Below are positions 9,297 to 19,248 of a DNA stretch of 64,000 nt, one piece after another. The notes under the pieces are model-generated. The model searched no databases, had not been told where the DNA came from, and worked only from the letters and a program-made list of their open reading frames with translations. The DNA is taken from NCBI GenBank assembly GCA_045648665.1, contig JAZROL010000008.1:4064-68063 (forward strand), given 5' to 3'. Numbering within the stretch: the stretch's first letter is position 1; the number at the start of each line of letters is the position of its first letter. The position numbers and the translations under genes were made by a program. Origin of the DNA: Candidatus Enterousia sp. Lineage in GTDB: Bacteria > Pseudomonadota > Alphaproteobacteria > Rs-D84.

Positions 9297-10136
9297 TTAT
9301 TTGTTTTCCATGTATTTGTCTGAAATTATTTTGTGCAGTGTATCTGCAATTTGTTTTCTGTCCATACCCGATAAATCGGGGGTTGGCAAAATTTCAATTT
9401 CAACCAAAAATCCGCCAAGCATCATAACATGAAATACTTGCATAAATGCACTGCGTTCAATTTTACAATATGGGCCACAATCCATCTTTTTATTATCAAA
9501 ATAAGCAAAATGATTTGCCATATCTTCTTCATTTATTTTTGTGCCGTCACGCAAACGATAATGTATCACAACCGGTTGAACCGTTGTGCCGGTTTTTTCA
9601 ACAACATCAAACATAGAACTTTTGAATTGTTTTACATAAGCACCATTGGTTGATGTCCCCTCTGGAAATATAAACAAAGGATAGTCAACAGATTCTAATT
9701 CTTTTTGTATAGAGTTTAATACCTCTATTGCATGTGATGGGCGGCGATCAATGAAAACAACACCAAATTTTTTTGCCATCCAACCAATCAAAGGCCAAGA
9801 TTCTATATCTTTTTTCCCAAAGAATGATCCGCCCAAAGCAGCGGCCATAGTTGAAATTTCAAAAATAGATATATGGTTGCAAACACAAAGCAAAGGACGT
9901 TTTGATGAAAGTTTTCCCTTGATTTTGTAACGAACCCCCATAAACCAATTAAACTGACGCATGAAGAAACGCATGTATTTTACTGAAAGTTTTCCACTTG
10001 GTATAAAGCACAAAATTAATGCGTTTATAACAACATAAGTCCAGGCAACAATAAACTTGATAAAAGCCCAAACTGTGTTGAATATGTTTTGTTTACGAAT
10101 TTTCATTCTGTTCACCTGACTGAGAATCTTCCACAT
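9297..10136 (-). CDS. lysophospholipid/1-acyl-glycerol-3-phosphate-type acyltransferase (PlsC/OlsA-like)
   Basis: HX4D-type motif CNHISIFE and FPEGT motif. Overlaps the upstream GNAT N-acyltransferase gene by 44 bp. Confidence 0.7.
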   Translation of the reverse strand: MWKILSQVNRMKIRKQNIFNTVWAFIKFIVAWTYVVINALILCFIPSGKLSVKYMRFFMRQFNWFMGVRYKIKGKLSSKRPLLCVCNHISIFEISTMAAALGGSFFGKKDIESWPLIGWMAKKFGVVFIDRRPSHAIEVLNSIQKELESVDYPLFIFPEGTSTNGAYVKQFKSSMFDVVEKTGTTVQPVVIHYRLRDGTKINEEDMANHFAYFDNKKMDCGPYCKIERSAFMQVFHVMMLGGFLVEIEILPTPDLSGMDRKQIADTLHKIISDKYMENK

Positions 10137-11070
10137 TTTCTTTATCTATATATTCAACATCGTCGGCATCTTCACGCATAAACAATTCTGCAAAAGAACG
10201 TATCGCTTTTGCTGTACCAGTAATCGGCGACATAATTATTTTGCCTAACATATGTAATGGGCCTTCTTTGATACCGAATTCTTCGAATGCATTTTCAGAA
10301 CCAGCAAAATGTTTTTGATATGTTTTATCAACATTTTTAGTTTGAACCATAACGAACACATCGTATGTACCAAAACCTTTGTCAATAAAGACACCGCGAC
10401 CAAATGTGGCACCCAGGCGCAAATAACCTTTGATTAAAGGCGTCATTTGTTTTTTTGCTTCTTCTTCATCAACGAATACTTTTGGTAAAATATTCATTTG
10501 AGTTAAACGTGGGTCGATGCTTGGATCCAGTTTTTCTTTCAATACTGTTGCACGCAAATGATAAGGTGATAAACAATTATAATACAAATAAGAAATTGCC
10601 TGTGCCGACAAAGCTGGTTTTGTTCCAACCCATGAAGGAACACCGAATAAAATTACAACTTTGCGTTTTACAACATATTCACACAAACCAGCCCAAAGCA
10701 AACGCATAACCAAACCATTTTCGCGATAGGCAGCATCAACACATGCGCGCGACATTTCTGCAATATTGCCTTTGACTTTTTTTATCTTTGATAAATTGTA
10801 TTCACGTTCGGTATAAAACCCTCCCATTTTTTCAGCGGCTTCTCTGTCAATTATACGATAAGTTCCAACGACTTTGTTGTTATGAAATACAGCCATATAA
10901 TCGGCATAGGTATCATAAGAATCGTATTCTTCGCCTAAGCTTTTTTGTTCTTCTGTGGCATAGGCGTCTTCTTCGACACAAAACACATCATAACGTAATT
11001 GACGCACTTGTTTGCGTTCTTCTTTTGTGCGTGTTAATCTTACTTCATAATCACGAACTTTTATAGCCAT
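10093..11070 (-). CDS. OlsB-like GNAT N-acyltransferase (aminolipid N-acyltransferase) with C-terminal extension
   Basis: Hemolysin-like GNAT N-terminal region (RYDVFCVEE...). Start chosen at MAIKVRDY, which has an AAGGA RBS. Translationally overlapping the downstream PlsC-like gene. Confidence 0.55.
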   Translation of the reverse strand: MAIKVRDYEVRLTRTKEERKQVRQLRYDVFCVEEDAYATEEQKSLGEEYDSYDTYADYMAVFHNNKVVGTYRIIDREAAEKMGGFYTEREYNLSKIKKVKGNIAEMSRACVDAAYRENGLVMRLLWAGLCEYVVKRKVVILFGVPSWVGTKPALSAQAISYLYYNCLSPYHLRATVLKEKLDPSIDPRLTQMNILPKVFVDEEEAKKQMTPLIKGYLRLGATFGRGVFIDKGFGTYDVFVMVQTKNVDKTYQKHFAGSENAFEEFGIKEGPLHMLGKIIMSPITGTAKAIRSFAELFMREDADDVEYIDKENVEDSQSGEQNENS

Positions 11071-11133
11071 TATAAATCCTTTAATAATACATACCGCTAA
11101 TGGTACCAAAGAAAAATGTCATAAGCAATGTTT

Positions 11134-12189
11134 TTATTTTAATTTATCAGCCAATTCAGCAATAGCGATTGCATACCAAGATGAATTGTTCCATTTCTTT
11201 ATTCTGTAAAAATTTGGATATGTTAAATATGCTTTTATAACCGGTTGTGGTGCAATATCTGTATCTGCATCGGGTTCTGGTGCAGGTTCTTTTGATTCTT
11301 GCTCTTTTATTGCCTTTGTGTCAGCAATCAAACCCAATTCTATATCAGCATTGCCAATTTGTGAACCATCTGTATTTAATACGCCCAAATTTGCCCATTC
11401 TGATAAAGTCTTTTTAGTGTCGCCATTTAATAAATCATAATCAAAATCAGCGGGAACGATGACGCGTTGTACTATTTTTTCGTTTTTATTCCATCCCAGT
11501 TTATTAAGATAATTTGCGGCACTGTACATCGCATCCCCAACACTGTTTATTATATCTATACGATTATCTTTGTTTCCATCCATACCATATTGCGCCAAAG
11601 TTGTAGGTATGAATTGAAAATGTCCCATTGCGCCAGCCCAACTGCCATGAATACTGGTGATTGATAACTTATTTTTATCAGCGGTCTTCATCAAACTTAA
11701 TAATTGTTTAGAAAAAAATTCTGCACGTCGTCCGTCATAAATCAAAGTTAGAAAAGCGTTGGTTAACTGGTGTTTTGATTTTGTTTTTCCGTAATTAGAT
11801 TCCAATCCCCAAAACGCTAAAATAACATTTTTTGGGACACCAAATTTTTTTTCCGTGTTACCCAACAAAGTTGGATATTCGTTGCGCTTTTTTATGCCTT
11901 GTTGTATACGGTCTTTCGTGACGGTGCGATCCAAATATTGTTCCAAAGTTAATTTAAATTCAGATTGATTTTTATCCGCTTTTACAATAGCTGGAATAAA
12001 CAAAGGATTTTTTAATGTTTCGTCTATGACAGATTGTGAAATATTTTGTTCTGTTGCTTTTGTGCGGATATCTAATAATACATTATCCCAACGTTCGTCA
12101 TCAAAAGCGCCACGTTCTGCAAATGCAGCATTCAAAGAAAAAATGCAACAAAACAAAATCCCGTAAAAAACAGAAAATTTATTTTTCAT
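11134..12189 (-). CDS. lytic murein transglycosylase (MltB/SLT family 3)
   Basis: Signal peptide; WGLESNYG catalytic motif; GAMGHFQFIP motif. Confidence 0.8.
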   Translation of the reverse strand: MKNKFSVFYGILFCCIFSLNAAFAERGAFDDERWDNVLLDIRTKATEQNISQSVIDETLKNPLFIPAIVKADKNQSEFKLTLEQYLDRTVTKDRIQQGIKKRNEYPTLLGNTEKKFGVPKNVILAFWGLESNYGKTKSKHQLTNAFLTLIYDGRRAEFFSKQLLSLMKTADKNKLSITSIHGSWAGAMGHFQFIPTTLAQYGMDGNKDNRIDIINSVGDAMYSAANYLNKLGWNKNEKIVQRVIVPADFDYDLLNGDTKKTLSEWANLGVLNTDGSQIGNADIELGLIADTKAIKEQESKEPAPEPDADTDIAPQPVIKAYLTYPNFYRIKKWNNSSWYAIAIAELADKLK

Positions 12190-12204
12190 AATTTCCCATT
12201 GTTG

Positions 12205-13698
12205 TTAAAAAGAATATTTTAAACCGATATGCAATCCAAAAGAACGCCATGTTGCTTCTTTTAAAGATTCCGATATGTATTCGGTATATGCTGGTTGTTT
12301 TTCAATATAGTAATTTCCCAAATCATCTTCTACAAAATAGTAAGATTCCGCGACATATAATTCCCCCGGTATTTTACCAACATGGAAATAATCTGTATTT
12401 GCTTTCAAAGATAATTGCATGCGGTCAGACAGATTATATGTATATTCCATTTCTGCTTCGTATGCAAACGCACCATTATCGCCTTCATCTAAGAAACTAG
12501 GGTTTTGTTGCCAGTCATCACGATTCGGCCATGTTCCTTCGGATGAATACTTTGGCATGCTGACCTGGACATAAAAACGCAATTTATCAGCCAGTGTCAT
12601 TTGTTTTTCCATTTCCAAACCTAAATAAAAACCAGACCAAGTAGTTTCATAAATATGTGTTGTTCCACCAACACGAATAACCCCATCGCCACCAATAACT
12701 ACACAATCGCCCTGGACAACGCCCCATGGTAAATCGCCCATAGCAGGATTGTATCCCTGGGTGGTTAATGTTCCTTCTAATGGGAAAATGATACCATCTA
12801 TGCCAGGACCATAAGTATTCCCAACAACCATGATGTCTTCCGGCCCCATACAAACCTGGTACAATCCGGCATCGTCGGCGATATTAACATTTGTTGGAAC
12901 CGCATAATATGTGGTTGTTTCGTCCAAAGATGCAGAATCACCAAATACATAATCACCACTGGCCGTCATCAAAGGCAGATATATACCAGGATTAGGATAC
13001 AAATGGTCGCCCATCTTTAAATTATGTTTGAAAATTTCATAACCGATATGCGGTGATATTTTCCAACCGCCTAAATCCCAAACATGATGTGCAGATACCC
13101 CAAATTTCAAGCGATTGGTATCGCCAGTTTCATTACCAATAGAAACAGTGAAAATTCCTTCTGCTGGATATGAGTAATCGTATGGTTCCAAATCATAATC
13201 CATAGACATGCCACCACTGGATAATTTTCCATATGTATAATCTGCGTACACACCCAAATCAAAACCACGAATATCAAAAACGTGTTTTGCGCCAACATTG
13301 ATTTCGTTGAAAATCATGTCGTCCCATTCCAAAATGGAATTAACGCCAGTTTTAAATTCAAAATCCGCAAATCTGCGTGCATATGCAGCATAAACAGTTG
13401 TATTGTTTTCATCTGTTGGTGTTGCAACACCATTTTGTGTCATTGTACCACGTGATGGTTCCGGAATATATCTGGTGCTTGGCACCTGATAAGAATAAGA
13501 GTCAGATGATAAAACTTGTTTTTTACCAGTGTTACCAACATAATCAGTATATCCATAATTTTTGTATTTACCATATGCGGCACGATTTGAAGTAATCGTT
13601 CCATCTTGTTGATAATAAGAAGGAACACCTTCCTTTGACGCAAAACACGCCAGAGGTAGCATAAAACCACTAAAAACAGATATAATTCTTTTTCTCAT
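12205..13698 (-). CDS. outer-membrane beta-barrel protein (unknown porin-like)
   Basis: Signal peptide MRKRIISVFSGFMLPLACFA. Aromatic-rich alternating strands. C-terminal ...GLKYSF with terminal Phe. Confidence 0.6.
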   Translation of the reverse strand: MRKRIISVFSGFMLPLACFASKEGVPSYYQQDGTITSNRAAYGKYKNYGYTDYVGNTGKKQVLSSDSYSYQVPSTRYIPEPSRGTMTQNGVATPTDENNTTVYAAYARRFADFEFKTGVNSILEWDDMIFNEINVGAKHVFDIRGFDLGVYADYTYGKLSSGGMSMDYDLEPYDYSYPAEGIFTVSIGNETGDTNRLKFGVSAHHVWDLGGWKISPHIGYEIFKHNLKMGDHLYPNPGIYLPLMTASGDYVFGDSASLDETTTYYAVPTNVNIADDAGLYQVCMGPEDIMVVGNTYGPGIDGIIFPLEGTLTTQGYNPAMGDLPWGVVQGDCVVIGGDGVIRVGGTTHIYETTWSGFYLGLEMEKQMTLADKLRFYVQVSMPKYSSEGTWPNRDDWQQNPSFLDEGDNGAFAYEAEMEYTYNLSDRMQLSLKANTDYFHVGKIPGELYVAESYYFVEDDLGNYYIEKQPAYTEYISESLKEATWRSFGLHIGLKYSF

Positions 13699-13758
13699 GT
13701 GTTTCAGTATAAAGTATTTTAACATAAAACACAACTTAAAAAAAGTGTTTAGTTTTTA

Positions 13759-14847
13759 TTGCAAATGATTTTTTCGCAATGTATTATAGTTTTCATGATT
13801 TATCCGCATAATTTATATATTCATGTTCCTTTTTGTATCTCAAAATGTAAGTATTGTGCATTTTATTCTTCTGCTGTATCGCCAGATTGGAATAAGTATA
13901 AAAATGATATTTGTAATGAGTTAAAGTTTTGGTCTGGAAAAATAGCAAAATGTTCAGTGCCCACCATATTTTTCGGTGGTGGGACACCTTCGTTAATGCC
14001 GATAGATGTTTTCACGGATATAATGAATTGTATTCATGAAAATTTTGTTGTTGATGATAATTGTGAAATAACCATTGAATCAAATCCTGGGACTTTGGAT
14101 AAAAATAAATTATTTGATTTTGTTTCCAATGGCGTTAATCGATTATCTGTTGGTGTTCAATCGCTTGATGATAATGAATTAGAATTTTTAGGGCGCAAAC
14201 ATAATGTTGCACAATCCCTGCAGTTGTTAGAAACCGCGTTAAATATGAATTTGCGGGTGTCTGCTGATTTTATATATGGATTGCCAAATCATAATATTCA
14301 AACGGTGACTAAGTTATGTCGTGATATAAATGCGCTGGGGTTAAAGCATGTATCTATGTATGAATTGACGATTGAAAAGAACACGCCGTTTGGAAAAATG
14401 AATTTGAATATGCCTGATAATGATGCAATGGCGGATATGTATGTGGCAATCTATGAAAATTTAAAATTACCAAGATATGAGGTTTCTAATTATGCCATAC
14501 CTGGTGAAGAATGCAGGCATAATAAAAATATATGGTTGGGAAATCCGTACATAGGTATTGGACGTGGTGCGGCAGGACGCCCGTACATAGATAATGTTTG
14601 GTTTGATGAAATGGGTAATAATGAACGTTGTGAAAAAATATCAAATGAAACACGCGCAGTTGAAAAAATTATTACTGGCATGCGAACTGTTTATGGTGTA
14701 ATGTTGGATGCAGATATTGAAAAACAACTGAATTTTGATTGGATAGAAACACATAAGGATTTAGTTGTTTTGTCCGCCAAACATTTGTGTGCAACAAAAA
14801 AGGGCATGTTGTTGTTGGATAATATAATAACGGATTTAATAAAATGA
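13759..14847 (+). CDS. hemW: radical SAM heme chaperone HemW / HemN-like (oxygen-independent coproporphyrinogen III oxidase family)
   Basis: LYIHVPFCISKCKYCAF CxxxCxxC radical-SAM motif; GGGTPS motif. True start may be the downstream Met (13795). Confidence 0.75.
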   Translation: MQMIFSQCIIVFMIYPHNLYIHVPFCISKCKYCAFYSSAVSPDWNKYKNDICNELKFWSGKIAKCSVPTIFFGGGTPSLMPIDVFTDIMNCIHENFVVDDNCEITIESNPGTLDKNKLFDFVSNGVNRLSVGVQSLDDNELEFLGRKHNVAQSLQLLETALNMNLRVSADFIYGLPNHNIQTVTKLCRDINALGLKHVSMYELTIEKNTPFGKMNLNMPDNDAMADMYVAIYENLKLPRYEVSNYAIPGEECRHNKNIWLGNPYIGIGRGAAGRPYIDNVWFDEMGNNERCEKISNETRAVEKIITGMRTVYGVMLDADIEKQLNFDWIETHKDLVVLSAKHLCATKKGMLLLDNIITDLIK

Positions 14848-16826
14848 AAAACAAAATATTAAATTTAATCGGTGTGTTGGCTGTGTTTATCGCGGTTATC
14901 GGTGCCGTATTTATAACAAAGGAGAAAGTAATGCAAATCGGTATAAAACCTGAAAATATGGACATGAATACAAAACCAGGTAATGATTTTTATGATTTTG
15001 CTACATTGGGTTGGCGAAAAAATAATCCAATCCCAGATGATTATACACGATATGGTTCTTTTGATGTTTTAAGGGACGATAATTTAAAACGTGTTCGTGA
15101 AATTGCCGAAACCGATAACGGCAAGATAGGTTTGCTTTATAAAATAGCAATGAATACTGAAAAATTAAATGCTGAAAAAACAAATCCTGTTAAATCATAT
15201 TTAGATGAAATAGATAATATAAAAACTATCGCAGATTTAACAAATTATTTAGGTAAAATGCATGCTTTTTCATCTGCATTTTGGGATGAAGGTGTTGGAT
15301 TAGATGAAATGGACAGTGAACATTATTTGTTTAACATAGTGCAGGGCGGCACAGGTCTGTCGCGTGACTATTATTTTGATACCGATGATAAATCAGTAGA
15401 AATTAGAAAAAAATATAAAGAATATATCAAAACACAAATGAAAAATTTTGGTGTAAATATCGATGTTGATAAATTGTATGCTTTGGAAGAACGCATGGCA
15501 AAATCTTTTTATACCAAAGAAAAATTACGTAATCCGTTAGAAAATTATCATAAAAAATCTTTTGATGAACTAAAGACAGAATTTGCAGGGTTCGATTGGG
15601 ATACTTATTTCACAGCGCGCGGCTTGAAACCTGAGTTTGTTAATGTTGCACAAATTGAACCAATCAAAGAATCCATAGCTATTATAAATGATACAGATAT
15701 GGAATTAATAAAAACATATTTAAAATTCAGAATTATAAATTCATCTGCTTCTTTGTTAGATGAAAAAACCTATGACATAGCATTTGATTTTTACAATCGT
15801 GTAATGTCCGGTCAAAAAGAACAAAAACCACGTTGGAAACGCGCTGTGGGAATGATAGATGGTTCCCTTGGTGAAATGGTGGGGCAATTATATGTTGATA
15901 AATATTTTCCGGCGGCGGCCAAAAAGCGTATGGAAAATTTAGTTAAAAATTTACAACGTGCCTATGAAATTCGCATAAAAAGTTTGAATTGGATGAGTGA
16001 TGATACCAAGAAACAAGCAATCGAAAAATTACATACTTTCAAAGCAAAAATAGGTTATCCAGATAAATGGCGTGATTATTCTGCGCTGGAAATCAAAGAT
16101 GATTCTTTGTTTGCAAATATGATGCGTGTTGCTGTGTTTGAAGATAGATTTTGGTTGGATAAAGTTGGTAAGAAAAAAGATTCAACAATTTGGTATATGA
16201 ATGCGCATACTGTTAATGCTTATTATGACCCATCAAGTAACGAGATTTGTTTTCCCGCCGGTATATTGCAATATCCGTTCTTTGATATGAATGCAGATGA
16301 TGCATTTAATTACGGTGCGATTGGTTCGGTCATAGGACACGAAATGACGCATGGGTTTGATGATTCGGGGCGTCATTTTGACAAAGATGGTAATATGAAA
16401 GATTGGTGGAACGAAACAGATGCGAAAAAATTTGAAGAACGTGCAGATGTTATGAAAAACCACTTTAATAATATTATTGTTGCGCCAAATACACATGCAA
16501 ATGGTGAATTTACTTTGGGTGAAAATTTGGCGGATTATGGTGGAATAACAATCGCGTATGATGCTTATAAAAAATTTGGTGAAAAATCAGAATCTGCAAT
16601 TGGTTTAACGCCGGATCAAAGATTCTTTGTTGCGTATTCAATGACCGAGGCTGGCAATATTTTAGATGCAGAAGTATTGAATCGCACAAAGACAGATGAA
16701 CATTCTTTGTCGCGTTGGCGTGTAAATGGAATATTGCCGCATGTTGATGCCTGGTATGAAGCATTCGGTATTACACCAAATGATGATTTATATATATCAC
16801 CAGAAAAACGTGTTAATTTATGGTAA
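14844..16826 (+). CDS. M13 family zinc metallopeptidase (PepO/endothelin-converting-enzyme-like), N-terminal membrane anchor
   Basis: HEMTHGFDD (HExxH) zinc motif, NAYY motif, GENLADYGG motif, 660 aa. Confidence 0.85.
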   Translation: MKNKILNLIGVLAVFIAVIGAVFITKEKVMQIGIKPENMDMNTKPGNDFYDFATLGWRKNNPIPDDYTRYGSFDVLRDDNLKRVREIAETDNGKIGLLYKIAMNTEKLNAEKTNPVKSYLDEIDNIKTIADLTNYLGKMHAFSSAFWDEGVGLDEMDSEHYLFNIVQGGTGLSRDYYFDTDDKSVEIRKKYKEYIKTQMKNFGVNIDVDKLYALEERMAKSFYTKEKLRNPLENYHKKSFDELKTEFAGFDWDTYFTARGLKPEFVNVAQIEPIKESIAIINDTDMELIKTYLKFRIINSSASLLDEKTYDIAFDFYNRVMSGQKEQKPRWKRAVGMIDGSLGEMVGQLYVDKYFPAAAKKRMENLVKNLQRAYEIRIKSLNWMSDDTKKQAIEKLHTFKAKIGYPDKWRDYSALEIKDDSLFANMMRVAVFEDRFWLDKVGKKKDSTIWYMNAHTVNAYYDPSSNEICFPAGILQYPFFDMNADDAFNYGAIGSVIGHEMTHGFDDSGRHFDKDGNMKDWWNETDAKKFEERADVMKNHFNNIIVAPNTHANGEFTLGENLADYGGITIAYDAYKKFGEKSESAIGLTPDQRFFVAYSMTEAGNILDAEVLNRTKTDEHSLSRWRVNGILPHVDAWYEAFGITPNDDLYISPEKRVNLW

Positions 16827-16857
16827 ATAAAAAATCGTCCATTTGGACGGTTTTTTA

Positions 16858-17139
16858 TTAAGAAACTTTTTTTCTAAATTCACTGCTGGGGTGAAATGTT
16901 GTGACATTTCGTGCGGATATAACCGCCGGTATCCCAGTTTTTGGATTGCGGCCAATGCGTGCAGATTTTGTTAAAATCTTAAATGTTCCCAGTCCGGTTA
17001 TTTTCACGTCTTCGCCATTAATCAGCGATTGTTCGATTTCATCAAAAATGATATCTATCATTTTATAGGCATCAGTTGCGGTTAAACCAAATTTATCTCT
17101 TAAACTGTTTGCTAAATCAATGCGAGTTATTGTTGCCAT
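16858..17139 (-). CDS. HU/IHF family DNA-binding protein
   Basis: 93 aa; GFGxF and RNPKTG arm motifs. Confidence 0.8.
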   Translation of the reverse strand: MATITRIDLANSLRDKFGLTATDAYKMIDIIFDEIEQSLINGEDVKITGLGTFKILTKSARIGRNPKTGIPAVISARNVTTFHPSSEFRKKVS

Positions 17140-17242
17140 AATATAAAAACCCTTTGTTTCGTGTATTATACAAATTCATAACCAGATTGCAATCAGTATT
17201 TGTTGATTTATTTATTTTATTGTTATAAAATCTCCGGCACGT

Positions 17243-17318
17243 GTCCCTATAGTTCAACAGGATAGAACAAATCCCTCCTAAGGATTAGATGCAGATTCGA
17301 ATTCTGCTGGGGACGCCA
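17243..17318 (+). tRNA. tRNA-Arg (anticodon CCT)
   Basis: Hand-folded 76-nt cloverleaf: acceptor GTCCCTA/TGGGGAC, D-stem GTTC/GAAC, anticodon stem AATCC/GGATT with loop CTCCTAA, T-arm GCAGA-TTCGAAT-TCTGC, discriminator G, CCA encoded. Confidence 0.8.
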
Positions 17319-17354
17319 CCGATTTTCACCGAAGCGAAGCGAGGGCTGAAAATC

Positions 17355-17448
17355 GAGTGTCCCGCCGTAGCCTTTGGCGAAGGCGGACGGAAAGCCCAAG
17401 TGGTCGTGCAGTGTCCCGCCGTAGCCTTTGGCGAAAGCGGACGGAAAG
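17355..17448. repeat. GC-rich tandem direct repeat (2 copies of ~40 bp: gtgtcccgccgtagcctttggcgaa[g/a]gcggacggaaagc) just 3' of tRNA-Arg
   Basis: Two near-identical units about 54 bp apart, each with an internal ccgcc...ggcgg hairpin. Translated spuriously as MSRRSLWRRRTES.../SRRSLWRKRTES in the ORF track. Confidence 0.7.
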
Positions 17449-17470
17449 CTTGAATATAAAAGGAAAACAG

Positions 17471-17797
17471 ATGAAAAATAAAGCGGTCAAATTTGGTATA
17501 ATTGCGTCATTGTTGCCACATCTTTTTTGTTGTATATTGCCGGTAGTTTTATCTTTGGTTGGTTTGTTTGTTCCTGAAATAGCGCATACTGAATTGGTTC
17601 CAGAATGGGTTGAAACTTGGTTGTTTGTGTTTTCTGCGTTAATGTTGTGTTTATCGTGGGTTTTGATATTGCAAGATTGTCCTTGTACAGAATGTCATGA
17701 TAAAAATACACACAAAGGTCAGAAAATTATATTATCGGTCATAACCGTATTATTTATAATCAGCATAATTTTGCATTTAATGGCACATGCGGATTAA
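17471..17797 (+). CDS. MerT-like small membrane protein (3 TM, paired cysteines)
   Basis: Start at ATG 17471 with RBS AAAGGAAAA. LFCC in TM1 and CPCTEC in the loop, arranged as in mercuric/metal transporter MerT. No other mer genes nearby. Confidence 0.4.
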   Translation: MKNKAVKFGIIASLLPHLFCCILPVVLSLVGLFVPEIAHTELVPEWVETWLFVFSALMLCLSWVLILQDCPCTECHDKNTHKGQKIILSVITVLFIISIILHLMAHAD

Positions 17798-18555
17798 TGT
17801 TTTTTTATTCGTGATGGCGCGGGTATTGTTGTTGTGTTATCGCTTTGATCGCTGCTTGTTGACTGACCAAGAACACTGCCTCCTACATAATTAGCACCAA
17901 TAACGAAATAACACTCATTCTCTTCATTTGAGGTGTCTGATTTTGAATCAATATTGATGTAAGTTCCAGTTGTGTCGTTGTATTCAGTCATATAACAATG
18001 TGCAATGGTATTGAAACTGGTCCAAGAATTAGAAAATTGTGATGCCGCAGCTGTTTTCCCACTGCCTGGGCATGGTGCACATGTGATAGTAACATAATTT
18101 GGATTACAAAATTTTTCCAATATTTCATCGCGATATGTTTTATATTCGCTAGAAGGAGCATAATTTTCAACTTGGTTTTCTTTGATACCAGTGTTTGGTG
18201 TAAAATACATGTTAGGGAGATTGTCACCAAAAGTGAAAAATTTTCTTAAATTTTCCATATTTACTTCGTTTGCATTGGTGGAATAATCAAAGTAATCAGG
18301 TGTTTTTTGTGTGTATGTGTGTTCAATACTATCAGTGCCTTCGGTGATAATGTTTATATTGGTTGTTGTATATCCTTTTAACCAGTTTGTTCCAACATAA
18401 TAATCACCACATTTCGAAACATATTCGCCCGCTTTACATATTTGTATATCGGGGTCAGGTGGTCTAACATATATCGCGTTTGCAACGAATATATGACAAA
18501 AGAACACCGCAAAAGCAGCCATAAAACGCCATAAAAAAATGCTGTTTTTCCCCAT
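17794..18555 (-). CDS. secreted Cys-containing hypothetical protein
   Basis: N-terminal signal-like hydrophobic segment, no recognisable domain. Confidence 0.45.
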   Translation of the reverse strand: MGKNSIFLWRFMAAFAVFFCHIFVANAIYVRPPDPDIQICKAGEYVSKCGDYYVGTNWLKGYTTTNINIITEGTDSIEHTYTQKTPDYFDYSTNANEVNMENLRKFFTFGDNLPNMYFTPNTGIKENQVENYAPSSEYKTYRDEILEKFCNPNYVTITCAPCPGSGKTAAASQFSNSWTSFNTIAHCYMTEYNDTTGTYINIDSKSDTSNEENECYFVIGANYVGGSVLGQSTSSDQSDNTTTIPAPSRIKKH

Positions 18556-18686
18556 TTTTCTTCCTTAACACTAATTGTATCCGGTTTGTTTTTTTATATC
18601 AAGAAAAAAATAAAAAACACTTGCTTTTGTGTAAGTATTATTTCTATAATCTTTTTGCAATACGAAAAAAATGAAAGGAGATTTTT

Positions 18687-19148
18687 ATGAAAATATTGAC
18701 ATCTGTATTATTAGGTTTAGGAATTATTTCCGGGGCAAACGCTGCAAATATAACTGTGTTTTATTCGCCGACATGTCCACATTGTCATAATGTGCGTAAT
18801 TTCATAAATAATGAATTGATATATGAATACGATGATATTAAAGTGTTTGAGGTAAATGCATCAAATCCGGATAATAGACAAGATTTTATTGATGTGCTTT
18901 CTAAATGTGAATATAAAACCGGTGGCGTTCCTGTGCTGGTCATAGGTGAAAAATGTTTCCAGGGTTATTCTGATTCTATGCAAGGTGCAATCCGCAGCGC
19001 AATAGAAATTGATTTAACAGATGCCCAGAAAAAATCCGCTGCTGATAACAAGGCTGCATTTGATAAAGATCAAGAATCATTTGTTCTTTCTCGTTTAGAC
19101 AGAAGACAAGCTGTCACCAACAAAGACAACGTAAAAAAAAACAAATAA
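18687..19148 (+). CDS. secreted thioredoxin/glutaredoxin-fold thiol-disulfide oxidoreductase
   Basis: Signal peptide; CPHC active-site motif; GGVPVLVIG cis-Pro region. Confidence 0.6.
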   Translation: MKILTSVLLGLGIISGANAANITVFYSPTCPHCHNVRNFINNELIYEYDDIKVFEVNASNPDNRQDFIDVLSKCEYKTGGVPVLVIGEKCFQGYSDSMQGAIRSAIEIDLTDAQKKSAADNKAAFDKDQESFVLSRLDRRQAVTNKDNVKKNK

Positions 19149-19248
19149 GCAAGATTGATGTCGCTAATATTTCTTTGTTTGTTTTGATGGGAATATTGAT
19201 TGTTGGCTTGGGAATCTTGGTGTTCAAAAAACAAAAATAGGTACATCT

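Noticed and set aside
17355-17448. CRISPR array
   Set aside because: Only two repeat units with no spacers of distinct sequence, and no cas genes. No other CRISPR-like array was seen in the window.
17357-17470. N-terminal 38 residues of ORF 17357..17797 (MSRRSLWRRRTESPSGRAVSRRSLWRKRTES...)
   Set aside because: This is translation of the GC-rich tandem repeat. A proper RBS and ATG occur at 17471, giving a coherent 3-TM MerT-like protein.
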